Below are positions 19,067-28,784 of a stretch of DNA of 64,000 nucleotides, in pieces. Origin of the DNA: an uncultured delta proteobacterium (GTDB lineage Bacteria; Myxococcota_A; Polyangia; Polyangiales; B10-G4). The translations under genes were made by a program, and so were the position numbers. Under the pieces are notes generated by a model that made no database searches, was not told the origin of the DNA, and saw only the letters and a list, made by a program, of their open reading frames with translations. The stretch is taken from assembly GCA_963727445.1 (NCBI GenBank), contig CAVSGI010000012.1:128001-192000 (forward strand), given 5' to 3'. Numbering within the stretch: position 1 is the stretch's first letter; each line of letters begins with the position of its first letter.

Positions 19067-22000
19067 TTGACCCACGCCCCCGCGCCCAGCCAGGCTACCC
19101 CCGTGCCCCCTGCCCCACCGGATACGTACGTCATCGAGGGTCGTGTCGTGACCATGGGCGCCGCCGGCGTCCTCGACGACGGCGCGGTGTACGTGCGGGG
19201 CAATCGCATCGAGGCGGTGGCTTCCGCGGGCGATGCCCCGCCTGCCGGATTCGACGACGTGCTGCGCATCCGGACGGGCGACACGATCTATCCCGGGCTG
19301 ATCGAGCTTCACAACCACCTGTCCTACAACGTGCTTCCCCTGTGGGACGTGCCTCAACGCTTCTCGAACCACGAGCAGTGGAAGCGGCACCCCGAATACC
19401 GCACCAAGGTGACGAAGCCGGCGCAGGTGCTCGGTCAGACCGAAGGGGTGGCGGAAGCCCTGGTTCGCTACGTGGAATGTCGGGCGCTCATCGGCGGCGT
19501 GACGGCGTCGCAGGGGGTCACGCTCTACGGGGCGGGCAAGGTCCGGTCGTACTACCGCGGGCTCGTGCGCAACGTGGAGCAGCCACTCACGCCCGGGCTG
19601 CCGGCGGCTGCCACGCGCATCGCCGACCCAGCACCCGGGAAGGCGGCGGAGTACCTCGCGAACCTCCAGCAGAAGACCTGTCTCCTGCAGCACCTCGCGG
19701 AGGGCGTCGACGACCGCGCGCAGAGCTTCTTCCACCGGCTTCGGGAGGACAACGGCGACTGGGCGCTCACCGACGCGTTCTGCGGGATCCACTCGACCGC
19801 GCTCGACGACAACGACTTCCGCATCCTGGCGGAGCACGGCGGCTCCGTCGTGTGGTCGCCGCTGTCGAACTACCTCCTCTACGGCAAGACGACCGACGTC
19901 GCCGCCGTCCACCGCGAGGGCATCACCATCGGGCTCGGCTGCGACTGGGGGCCGAGCGGGAGCAAGAACCTCCTCGGCGAGCTGAAGGTCGCCCTCCTCG
20001 CGAGCCGCGACCAGGGCGACGTCTTCACGCCGGAAGAGCTGGTGCAGATGGTGACCATCAACCCGGCGCGCATCGTGCGCTGGGAGCACGATCTGGGCTC
20101 CATCGAAGCCGGCAAGCTCGCGGATCTCGTCGTCGTGAACGGCATGGATGGAGATCCGTACCAGCACCTGGTCGAGGCGCGGGAGACGTCGGTGACGCTC
20201 GTCGTCGTGGACGGGGTGCCGCGCATCGGCCAGCCGCACCTCATGGAGCCCTTCGGACACGGCAGTGAAGAGCTCGACATCGGGCGCTCCAAGCGCGTGC
20301 TGGCCCTCGAACAAGAGGACGCGCATCCGTTGGTGGCGGGGCTGGGGCTGAACGAGGCGCTCGACCGTCTGCGCGACGCGATGGCGCGGCTGCCGGAGCT
20401 CGCGGCGGACATCGACGCGGGTACGGGCCTGGCCTCGGGGAGCGCGGCCGGCGGCGCAGGCGGGCCTGCCTACCGCATCGCTTTCGACTTCGAGGAAGAG
20501 GACGCGGCGATCGAGCAGGAGCTCGGCCTCGGTGCGGCATCCTACGCCGACTACGTCGAGGAGCCGATGGAGCTCGTCGGCCTCACAGTCGCGGACGATC
20601 CCGGCTTCCTCGAGGCGATCGTCGCCGCGCGCAACGTCCCCGAGCACGTCAAGAAGGACCTGCCGCCGCTCTTCGGCGTCGAGCTCGACCTCTTGCCCGC
20701 CCACGCCGACTTCCTTCGCGATCCCCCCGCGCCGGTCTCGACCCGCCTCCGCGAGACGACGCGTGACCTCGCGACGTTCCTGCGCACCTCCGGCGAGCTC
20801 GGCGTCGGTGAGCTGCGCTGCATCATCGACCAGGCGCGCCTCGTGCTGCAGGAGAACTACGTACACCTCCCGCTGAAGCGGAGCATGTACGCCGTCGATC
20901 CCGTGCAACAGCTGCGGCTTCTTCGGCACCGTCTCGACGATCTCGGCGACGACGAGCTGCCGCCCGAGATCGAGCTCCACCGCGAGATCGCCGAGGTCTT
21001 TCACTCGCTCCGCGATCTGCACACCAGCTACCGGTTGCCGATCCCGTTTCGGGGCAAGGTCGCCTGGCTCCCGTACATCATCGAAGAGGCCTGGGAGCGC
21101 GGCGAGCGGCTGTTCCTGGTGACCAAGGTGGTCGGCGATGCAGGTCCGGAGACCTTCGTGCCCGGCGTCCTGGTCACCCATTGGAATGGAACGCCGATCG
21201 CGCGCGCCGTGGCGCTGCACGCCGATCGCCAACCGGGCGGCAACCCGGCGGCGCGCGCAGCGCGCGGCGTCGACGCGCTGACCATCCGGCCTCTCGTACG
21301 AGGCATGCCGCCCGACGAGGAGTGGGTGGTCCTGAGGTACCTGGACGAGGACGGAGAGCCGCACGAATATCGTCAGCGATGGCTGCTCTTCGAGCCCGGC
21401 CGCGGTCCTCACGACATCGATCCCGAACGACTCACGCTTCCCTCCTTCGGTCTGGGCCTCGACGCGCACGGTGACGACGTTCAACAGGCGAAGAAGCAGC
21501 TCTTCGCCGGGGTGCTCGCCGAGCGCGAAGCCGCGGCGGCAGAGGACGTCGCGGCCGCGCCCATCGAGGTTCCAGGCGACATCCCCACGCATCTGCCGAC
21601 CATCTTTCGCGCGCGAAAGGTGGAGACGGAAAGCGGCACCTTCGGATATGTCCGCATCTTCACGTTCGGCGCCGCCGACGCAACGGTGCTCATCGACGAG
21701 CTCTCGCGCCTGCTCTCGCTCCTGCCGCGCGAGGGGCTCATCCTGGACATTCGAGCGAACCCGGGCGGTCTGATCGCCGGTGCGGAGGGGCTGCTCCAGC
21801 TGCTGACGCCGAAGACGATCGAGCCGCAGCGGGCACAGTTCATCAACAGCCCGCTCAACCTGCGGATCTGCCGCGCGAACGATCCGTCGCCGGCCGTCGA
21901 GAATCTCGACCTGGGTGCGTGGGTCCCCTCGATGACCCAGGCCGCGCGCACCGGCGCGACTTACTCTCTCGGATATCCGATCAGCGCTCCCGAAGCGGTC

Positions 22001-22675
22001 AACCGCGTCGGCCAGCGCTACGACGGCCCGGTCGTGCTCGTCGTCGACGCCCTCTGCTACAGCGCAGCGGACATGTTCGCGGCCGGCTTCCAGGATCACG
22101 GCATCGGCAAGATCATCGGCATCGCGTCCTCCACGGGCGCGGGCGGCGCGAACGTGTGGTCGCACCAGGTCTTGCGCATCCTCGCCGAGGCAGATGAAGA
22201 AGCCGGCGCGCGCTATCGGCCGCTACCGCACGGGAGCGATCTGCGGGTGGCCATTCGCCGCACGGTCCGCGTCGGCCCGAACGCGGGCGACATCGTGGAG
22301 GACATCGGCGTCGTGCCAGATGCGATCCACCGCATGACCCGCCGGGACGTGCTCGACGGCAACCTCGACCTCGTCGATGCGGCGGCCGCGATCCTCGCCG
22401 AGGAGCGCCCCCACGCGATGGACGTGGACGTCGCGCCCGACGGCGATGGCCGTCCGTCCCGCCTCACGGTTCGCACCTCTCACGTCACACGCCTCGACGT
22501 CGTGGCCGACGGCCGCCCGCTTCGTTCCCTCGACATCCACGACGGCGAGACCCACGTGGACATCGGCGGGCTCACCGAGGACTGGGAGAGCGCGCCCCGT
22601 CGCGTCGAGCTCTTCGCCTACGAGAACGACGAGCTCGTGATCCGGCGGCGCTATCCCGACGCGCCACAGGCGTAG
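19067..22675 (+). CDS. Amidohydrolase (metal-dependent deaminase-like) fused to S41/CPAF-like serine protease; start uncertain (ORF open from 18944)
   Basis: N-half: PGLIELHNH, HLAEG, IHST, GCDW, GSIEAGKLADLVV. C-half: RDLHT, GYVRIFTF, LILDIRANPGG, CYSAADMF, GAGGANV, VEDIGVVPD. Confidence 0.85.
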   Translation: MTHAPAPSQATPVPPAPPDTYVIEGRVVTMGAAGVLDDGAVYVRGNRIEAVASAGDAPPAGFDDVLRIRTGDTIYPGLIELHNHLSYNVLPLWDVPQRFSNHEQWKRHPEYRTKVTKPAQVLGQTEGVAEALVRYVECRALIGGVTASQGVTLYGAGKVRSYYRGLVRNVEQPLTPGLPAAATRIADPAPGKAAEYLANLQQKTCLLQHLAEGVDDRAQSFFHRLREDNGDWALTDAFCGIHSTALDDNDFRILAEHGGSVVWSPLSNYLLYGKTTDVAAVHREGITIGLGCDWGPSGSKNLLGELKVALLASRDQGDVFTPEELVQMVTINPARIVRWEHDLGSIEAGKLADLVVVNGMDGDPYQHLVEARETSVTLVVVDGVPRIGQPHLMEPFGHGSEELDIGRSKRVLALEQEDAHPLVAGLGLNEALDRLRDAMARLPELAADIDAGTGLASGSAAGGAGGPAYRIAFDFEEEDAAIEQELGLGAASYADYVEEPMELVGLTVADDPGFLEAIVAARNVPEHVKKDLPPLFGVELDLLPAHADFLRDPPAPVSTRLRETTRDLATFLRTSGELGVGELRCIIDQARLVLQENYVHLPLKRSMYAVDPVQQLRLLRHRLDDLGDDELPPEIELHREIAEVFHSLRDLHTSYRLPIPFRGKVAWLPYIIEEAWERGERLFLVTKVVGDAGPETFVPGVLVTHWNGTPIARAVALHADRQPGGNPAARAARGVDALTIRPLVRGMPPDEEWVVLRYLDEDGEPHEYRQRWLLFEPGRGPHDIDPERLTLPSFGLGLDAHGDDVQQAKKQLFAGVLAEREAAAAEDVAAAPIEVPGDIPTHLPTIFRARKVETESGTFGYVRIFTFGAADATVLIDELSRLLSLLPREGLILDIRANPGGLIAGAEGLLQLLTPKTIEPQRAQFINSPLNLRICRANDPSPAVENLDLGAWVPSMTQAARTGATYSLGYPISAPEAVNRVGQRYDGPVVLVVDALCYSAADMFAAGFQDHGIGKIIGIASSTGAGGANVWSHQVLRILAEADEEAGARYRPLPHGSDLRVAIRRTVRVGPNAGDIVEDIGVVPDAIHRMTRRDVLDGNLDLVDAAAAILAEERPHAMDVDVAPDGDGRPSRLTVRTSHVTRLDVVADGRPLRSLDIHDGETHVDIGGLTEDWESAPRRVELFAYENDELVIRRRYPDAPQA

Positions 22676-22687
22676 CGCCCCTCGCGA

Positions 22688-23659
22688 TCAGTGGTGCGGG
22701 GTCGCGCGCCCGCCGGCGCGGATGGCGTAGCCGAAGAAGTCGCGGATCTCGTCCAGGACCTGTGCGTTCGTGTTCGCTTTCGGAGGCATCCTGCCGCGGT
22801 GGTCCGGTGCGATCCAGGTCGGGTGGGTCAGCTCGGTCGCCGAAAGGCCTTCCAACTCTTCACGAGCGTCTGCGAAGACTGCGCGCGCCATACGCGTGCA
22901 GAGAAACGACGTGATCGATTTGGACCGACTGGGCCGGCGATGGGGGTCCTGCGGAACGAAGAAGGGCTCGCTGTCGAGCGATTGCATGAACTCCACGTGC
23001 TGCTGATCGAGGCGCCCCGAGTACTCGAATCCGATCTCGGGGCCCGAAATTGGCCGCGGTCCCTGTAGCGCGGTGTGCTTGGTCAGGTTGCGCAGGATGT
23101 TCCCCACCGTGAACTGGCCGGGGTCGGTCTGCAGGTAGACGACCTGGCGCACCTTCGCCAGCGACATCACGCCGGCGCACTGCGCGCAGGACTCGAGAGA
23201 AGTGTAGATGGTGGTGTCTTCGAACGTGGTGTAGTTCGACGGAGGCGCGGAGCTCACGTTCCACGCCTTGTTCACCTGTCCGAGCGAGTAAACGCGGCGA
23301 ACGAGGCGCGCCTCCGCGTGCTCCGCCGAGCTCCGATAGACCGTGTTGTGGTTGAACTCGAAGTCGATGATGCGGCCGTCACCATCGACCGCGAGCGCCG
23401 CGATGTTGTGCCCGAGGTAGTCGCTGGCGAGGAAGGGCCCGTCCTCGGCGTCGGTGGGGTCGTTGTGCGGGTACTCGCCGTCCCGGCCGTACTTGTTGCC
23501 GCAGAAGTAATGATGGAGGAGTGCGAACGTGAGCAGGCCGAAGAGACGGTGGCGCTCCTTGGTCCCGTCCGCGAGCGGCGGCTCGTCGAGGGCAACGAGG
23601 TCCTTCACCGGACCATCCCAGTACAGCTTCAATCGCGGATTTCTCGGCTCGTCGGGCAT
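22688..23659 (-). CDS. Zn-dependent nucleoside/nucleotide deaminase (CDA/TadA fold)
   Basis: HAEARL and IYTSLESCAQC motifs; VVYLQTDP. Confidence 0.85.
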   Translation of the reverse strand: MPDEPRNPRLKLYWDGPVKDLVALDEPPLADGTKERHRLFGLLTFALLHHYFCGNKYGRDGEYPHNDPTDAEDGPFLASDYLGHNIAALAVDGDGRIIDFEFNHNTVYRSSAEHAEARLVRRVYSLGQVNKAWNVSSAPPSNYTTFEDTTIYTSLESCAQCAGVMSLAKVRQVVYLQTDPGQFTVGNILRNLTKHTALQGPRPISGPEIGFEYSGRLDQQHVEFMQSLDSEPFFVPQDPHRRPSRSKSITSFLCTRMARAVFADAREELEGLSATELTHPTWIAPDHRGRMPPKANTNAQVLDEIRDFFGYAIRAGGRATPHH

Positions 23660-23664
23660 GGGCG

Positions 23665-26430
23665 TCAGCGTACTGCTCCTGGCAATTCGCGGACAAGATC
23701 GTATTCGTCGTCCGTCACCCGCACGAACTCGCCGTACTCTTCGCTGCTGATCGCGCCGGGGCGCTCGTGCGCGTGCTCGTACGCGCGGCGCAGCCCCGCC
23801 CGGAGCTTCTCCCGAGCCTCCGCGCCGATGGAGGGATGCGCGGCGACCGCTACCGGGGGAAGCGGCGGGGACTCGAGCACGACTTCGAGATCATCCGTCG
23901 GGAGCGCCTGCCGAGGGGCGTCGGCGAACTGCATGCTCGAGACGGCGCCCGCGTCGCAGGTGCCTGCGAGCACGCGCCGCAGGATCTCGGAGTGATCACC
24001 GACGAACTCCCGTTCGATGTCCAGCTCGTCGAGCCCATGCTCCCGGAGCATCGCCAGCGGGACGCGAAAACCGCTGGTCGATCGAGGATCGACGAAGCAC
24101 ACGCGCTTGCCTCGCAGGCCCTCGGGCCCATCGATCGCCTCCTCTCGACGCGCGACGACGAGCGAGCGATAGGCGTGCCCTCGTGCGAAGCCGACGCCCC
24201 CGATGAGCTCGATGTCGGGGAGCTGGCGCTTGGCCTCGACGTAACTGGAGGGCGGCAGGAACGCCAGTTGGTAGCGACCCGACACGATGCCGTCCACGGC
24301 GTCCTCGTAGCTCTCAGCGACGATCGGGCGCACGGGAGAGCCGAGCGTCTCCGAGAGGTCGTCCGCGATGGGTGTGTAGACCTGCGCGAAGAGCGCGCGA
24401 TTTCCAGGAACGACGGCCATTCGCACCTCGGACGGCGCGGCGGGGCTCGCCGAGACGATCGCCACGGTCGCCACCGCTGCCACCCCGAGGAGGATGGCTG
24501 CGGGCATCAAGCGGCGGAGGGGCGAGGCAGTGGACGACGGCGGAAGCTCCGAGCGCGTGGGGACGAGCGCGCCGCGAAGCGCTGCAGCGAACTCACCGAC
24601 GGAGGGGTAGCGGTCGCCGGGGCTGTCGGCCAGCGCGCGCCTCAAGACCTGGATCGTTTCGGGCGAGAGCTCGCCGTCCACGCGCGCCAGCCCTTCATCG
24701 GCCGGATAGGTGAGGAGCGCCTGCACCGATCTGCCCTGGCGGAGCGGCTGCCCGGTCAACAGCTCATAGGCGCTTGCCGCGAGCGCGTACTGATCGGCTG
24801 CAGGCGTGGGCGTTCTACCGAGTGCCTGCTCCGGCGCCATGTAGAGGGGCGTGCCCGCTGCGACGGCACCTTCGATGCGAACCAGCTGCGTCTCGCCGGC
24901 GGCGGTCGCGTCCAGCGAGAGGTCCGGTGCCGCGTTGGCGGTCGCGTCGCTCGCCTCGTCGGTGCGTTGCTGAAGGGCGTGCACCAAGCCGAAATCGAGG
25001 ATCTTCGTTCGCCCGTCTCCGCGCACGACGACGTTGTCCGGCTTGATGTCGCGGTGGACGAGCCCGGCATCGTGGGCAGCGCCGAGCGCGGCGGCGATTT
25101 GGTCGACCAGATCCGCGGTGCGCTGCGGTGAAAGCGGGCCCTCCTGTTGCAGCAGCGAGCCGAGTGACGGCCCGTCCACGTGCTCCATCGCGATGAAGAG
25201 GCGGCCGTCGCTCCGGCCGAGCTGATAGACGGTGACGATGCCTGGGTGGTCGAGGGCGCTGGCGGCCCGCGCCTCGCGGATGAGTCGCTTCTCGGCGCTG
25301 TCGTCGAGTCGGCCCTCCGCCATGACCTTCACGGCGACCTCGCGCTCGAGCATCGAGTCGAAGGCCAGCCACACCTCGCCCATGCCGCCTCGGCCGATCA
25401 AGCGGCGCAGCTCGAAGGAGCCGAAGCTCGGCCGCTCGTCAGCGGCTCCAGTCGCCGGAACCGAAGCTGCGACCGGAGAGCTCGGGGCGGGGGCGACGTC
25501 GACCGTGGGTGTCGAGTCGGGGTCGATCTCCTCGAGCCGGTAGGCCTCTCCCGCGGGGGTGAGTGCGTGCGGCTCGAGCGCCGCGATGAGAGGCAAGAGC
25601 GTCGGGGTGCGTTCGTCTCGATCGCGCGCGAGCGCGCCTTCGACCGCGTCACACACGTCAGCGGGTAGCTCGGGCATCGCGGCGGCGAGGGGATCCCGCG
25701 CGCCACGAGCGATGGCGTCGAAGACCTGCAGGAAGGTCTCGCCGGAAAACGGCCGGCGCCCCGTGAGGCACTCGTACACGAGCACACCGGCCGCCCACAC
25801 GTCGGCCCGGCGGTCGATGTCCTTGCGGGCGGAGACCTGCTCCGGGGACATGTAGTAGGGCGTCCCGATCACCGAGCCGGTCCGCGTCGCCGGGCTCTGG
25901 CCCATCTCACCCAGGCCGTCCAATACCTTGGCGACACCGAAGTCGAGGAGCTTGGGCTGCACCGATCCGTCGGGCGTGCTCGAGATGAACACGTTTTCGG
26001 GCTTGAGATCGCGGTGCACGATCGAGGCTTCGTGTGCCTGGTGCAGGGCGCGCAGGACCGGTGCAACGATCGCTGCGGTCTCGCCCAGTGCGAGGTGGCC
26101 GCGCGCCGCGATGAGCCGAGCCAGCGAGAAGCCGTGAAGCAGCTCCATCACGGCGACGGGCGATCCATCGGCGTCCTCGACGATGTCGAGCACGTCGATC
26201 ACGTTGGGGTGGCGGAGCCGCGAAGCCGCTCGAACCTCCTGGAGGAAGCGCCGCCGGAAGCGCGGCTCCGCGACGAGCTGAGGGTGGGGGAGCTTCAGCG
26301 CGACGGGGCGCCCGGTCGCGAGGTTGACCGCCTCGTGCACGGTACCCATCGCACCCTCGCCGAGGGGGCGAATGATCCGGTACCGTTCCGCGACGATGCG
26401 CCCCTCGCCCGACATCGTGGCGCGGAGCAT
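23665..26430 (-). CDS. Membrane Ser/Thr kinase with two tandem kinase domains and a C-terminal phosphate/phosphonate-binding (PhnD-like) domain
   Basis: Two full Hanks domains (GEGAMG/VALK/HRDLKPEN/DFG/SPEQ and GRGGMG/VAVK/HRDIKPDN/DFG/APEQ), a TM helix, then SYEDAVDGI...VDPRSTSGFRVP...GDHSEI...DAGA. Confidence 0.85.
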   Translation of the reverse strand: MLRATMSGEGRIVAERYRIIRPLGEGAMGTVHEAVNLATGRPVALKLPHPQLVAEPRFRRRFLQEVRAASRLRHPNVIDVLDIVEDADGSPVAVMELLHGFSLARLIAARGHLALGETAAIVAPVLRALHQAHEASIVHRDLKPENVFISSTPDGSVQPKLLDFGVAKVLDGLGEMGQSPATRTGSVIGTPYYMSPEQVSARKDIDRRADVWAAGVLVYECLTGRRPFSGETFLQVFDAIARGARDPLAAAMPELPADVCDAVEGALARDRDERTPTLLPLIAALEPHALTPAGEAYRLEEIDPDSTPTVDVAPAPSSPVAASVPATGAADERPSFGSFELRRLIGRGGMGEVWLAFDSMLEREVAVKVMAEGRLDDSAEKRLIREARAASALDHPGIVTVYQLGRSDGRLFIAMEHVDGPSLGSLLQQEGPLSPQRTADLVDQIAAALGAAHDAGLVHRDIKPDNVVVRGDGRTKILDFGLVHALQQRTDEASDATANAAPDLSLDATAAGETQLVRIEGAVAAGTPLYMAPEQALGRTPTPAADQYALAASAYELLTGQPLRQGRSVQALLTYPADEGLARVDGELSPETIQVLRRALADSPGDRYPSVGEFAAALRGALVPTRSELPPSSTASPLRRLMPAAILLGVAAVATVAIVSASPAAPSEVRMAVVPGNRALFAQVYTPIADDLSETLGSPVRPIVAESYEDAVDGIVSGRYQLAFLPPSSYVEAKRQLPDIELIGGVGFARGHAYRSLVVARREEAIDGPEGLRGKRVCFVDPRSTSGFRVPLAMLREHGLDELDIEREFVGDHSEILRRVLAGTCDAGAVSSMQFADAPRQALPTDDLEVVLESPPLPPVAVAAHPSIGAEAREKLRAGLRRAYEHAHERPGAISSEEYGEFVRVTDDEYDLVRELPGAVR

Positions 26431-26447
26431 ATCACGCGTTCCCGGTC

Positions 26448-27587
26448 TCAAATTCTCAACCAGACCCTCACCGGGCAGTGATCGGAGATGTTGTTTCGCC
26501 AGTCTTCGAGCACGGCGTCGAATCGGGGAAAGCGAAAAGGCACATTCGCCGGCGCGCTGTCGTCGTCGCTTCGAAAGAGCTTCACCTCGGCCGGCAGGAT
26601 GTCGTCGCCGGCCGCGTTGTATCGCGAATACCCCAACCCGCCTCGCTCGATGTGGGGTGTGTAGTCGGTGTTGGACAGGGCCGCGGCGTCCACGGCATCC
26701 CTGAAAGCGCGGGAGCCGAGGATGTAGTCGACCTGACTGACGCGGCGCTCGCCCCGCCAGTAATGGGTCCACGCGTCGTCGTCGGCCCGATGACGGCGCA
26801 CGACGTCCCACAGCCTCGCGGAGCTGTTGGTGAGCGGCGTGAGCCACGGGCTCTGGGGCGTGTCGTTGAAGTCTCCGATGACCGCGTAGAGAGAAGCGTC
26901 GTCGTTCGCGTGAAATCGGCGCCGCACGATCTCGCGAACGGCCTGGGCCTGCGCCTTGCGCGCCTGGTTCGCCTTTTCGAGCTTCTTCGCCAGGTCCCGC
27001 TCGGTGTCACCGTGCTCCCGCTTCACCCACTTCGACTTGAGGTGGTTGAGGAAGAGGGTGATCTCGGTGCTCGAGCCGGTCGATGGTCCGGACGCTGAGG
27101 CCCCCGGAATTCGGAGCGTGACCTCGAGACAGTCACGGCTGAATACGCGGCCCCCATCGGGACCCCGGTCGTCGACGTGGGTCCGCGCGTGCACGATGGG
27201 AAATCGAGAGAGGATCCCCACGTCGATGTTGCGGGGATCGTAGCCATCGATGAGCAGCGCGTGCGTGTAGTGTCCATCCAGATAGTTGGCGTTGAAGACG
27301 CGCAGGGCATGGATGTTCTCCACCTCCTGCAGGCACAGGACGTGGGGAAGCAGGTCGATGGGCTCGCGGAGCGCCTGGGACGCGAGGCGCCGGCGCGTGT
27401 CGTCCCAGACGACGAAAGGCTCATCGCCCGGTCTCGTGTACGAGAGCTGCGGTAGATAGCCCAGTCGCTTTTCGGAGCCGTCGATTCGCGCGAGCGCGTC
27501 GTATTCGCCTCCCGGAAACGCGCGGCGAAAGTCGTACCGGAGAAAGAAGTTGTTCGCGTTGAAGGTGGCGATCGACACGAGAGGCAT
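26448..27587 (-). CDS. Endonuclease/exonuclease/phosphatase (EEP) family protein
   Basis: IATFNANN, LCLQEVE, NHLKS, IGDFND, VDYIL, SDHCPV; no signal peptide. Confidence 0.9.
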   Translation of the reverse strand: MPLVSIATFNANNFFLRYDFRRAFPGGEYDALARIDGSEKRLGYLPQLSYTRPGDEPFVVWDDTRRRLASQALREPIDLLPHVLCLQEVENIHALRVFNANYLDGHYTHALLIDGYDPRNIDVGILSRFPIVHARTHVDDRGPDGGRVFSRDCLEVTLRIPGASASGPSTGSSTEITLFLNHLKSKWVKREHGDTERDLAKKLEKANQARKAQAQAVREIVRRRFHANDDASLYAVIGDFNDTPQSPWLTPLTNSSARLWDVVRRHRADDDAWTHYWRGERRVSQVDYILGSRAFRDAVDAAALSNTDYTPHIERGGLGYSRYNAAGDDILPAEVKLFRSDDDSAPANVPFRFPRFDAVLEDWRNNISDHCPVRVWLRI

Positions 27588-27751
27588 CAGCCGGCTCCCC
27601 GGTCGACCTTTACCCCACGGAGCAGCACGCTGTCATCCTGCCGATCATTCAACGACGAAGCGCCGGTGAGCCCGACGCTCCCCCGATCTTCGACACGAGG
27701 GTCGCGCGAGGAGCTTCGGCTTCATCTCCTCGGAGTTCGGTCCCAGCGAGG

Positions 27752-28732
27752 TCAGGGGCGTCGCCACATCCCTGCGCGTGTGCCATCCGCGCGGGCCTGC
27801 CAGGCGGCCGCCTCTTCTTCTCGGCCGAGCGCTCGAAGCGTGCGGGCGAGGCCCTGCGCCGTGTAGCGATCGCGGGGATCGTAGACCAGCGCCTCTCGCC
27901 ACGCTTCCTCGGCGCGCTCGTAGCGCATCCGCCCGAAGAGTCGGAGCGCGACGATCCGGTGATTGCGGGCGCGGCGACGGCGCGTTCGCCAGCTGAGGCG
28001 CCGGATCCTCGGTGGCACGTGCGGCATCTCGAGCTCGAAGCCCGCGTCGGTCTCCGTGACCTCGTCGGCGTGCGCGGTGACCGCCGCGGCGTCGGCCACT
28101 TCATCCTCGGTGTCCGTGTCGGTGTCGCCTGCGGCGTCGGTGTCGGGCTCCTCGGTGGAGGCGGTCGTGCTGGTGGTGGAAGTCGAACCGGTGGAGGACG
28201 GCGTCGGCGACGGCCGCTCTCTCGCGTCGGTGAGGACGAGCGTCACGAGGGTGGCGGCGAGCATCGCGACGACGGCGAAGACCGCGATCACCAGCTTGCG
28301 AGATCGGGGGATCCCAGGTCGCGGCTCCGCCAGGGGTAGCTCGAGCGGTGGTTCTTCGAATGCGGGCTCGGCGAGGAGGCTCGGTGGGATCTCCTCCATC
28401 ACGGTCGGAGCTTCGTCGGGCTCCGGCTCGTCGAAGACCGGCGGGAGGTCGACCTGGACGTCCGCCGCCGCGCTCACCGGCGCGACCGCATCCGCGCTCG
28501 GGGCCGCGTCCGCGTTCGGCTCCACTCCTTCATCCTCCGTGCCCGGAGGGGCCTCGTCGAGGAGCTCCGCCCAGGTGTTGGGCGGAGCCGCGTCGGACGC
28601 TGCCGCCTCGCTTTCGTCCCTGGGCTCGGCGGCGCTCCCCGTCGGCTCGGCTTCCTCCGCCAACTCCGGCGCCTTTGGAAGTTGAGCCAGCCAGGAATCG
28701 ATCGTCGTCTTGTCCTCGTCGCTGTCTCCCAT
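27752..28732 (-). CDS. Bitopic membrane protein with acidic linker and C-terminal TPR
   Basis: Acidic Pro-rich N-terminus, TM segment, TPR (YERAEEAWREALVYDP). Confidence 0.65.
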   Translation of the reverse strand: MGDSDEDKTTIDSWLAQLPKAPELAEEAEPTGSAAEPRDESEAAASDAAPPNTWAELLDEAPPGTEDEGVEPNADAAPSADAVAPVSAAADVQVDLPPVFDEPEPDEAPTVMEEIPPSLLAEPAFEEPPLELPLAEPRPGIPRSRKLVIAVFAVVAMLAATLVTLVLTDARERPSPTPSSTGSTSTTSTTASTEEPDTDAAGDTDTDTEDEVADAAAVTAHADEVTETDAGFELEMPHVPPRIRRLSWRTRRRRARNHRIVALRLFGRMRYERAEEAWREALVYDPRDRYTAQGLARTLRALGREEEAAAWQARADGTRAGMWRRP

Positions 28733-28784
28733 CGCTCTCGGCCGTCACGAGCGTCTCACAGCCGGGCCAGGAGGCGAAGTCGCC

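Noticed and set aside
19046..22165. Long antisense ORFs (e.g. 1039 aa here; also 39115..41865 and 33920..35905)
   Set aside because: These are shadow ORFs of high-GC3 genes on the opposite strand and carry no motifs.
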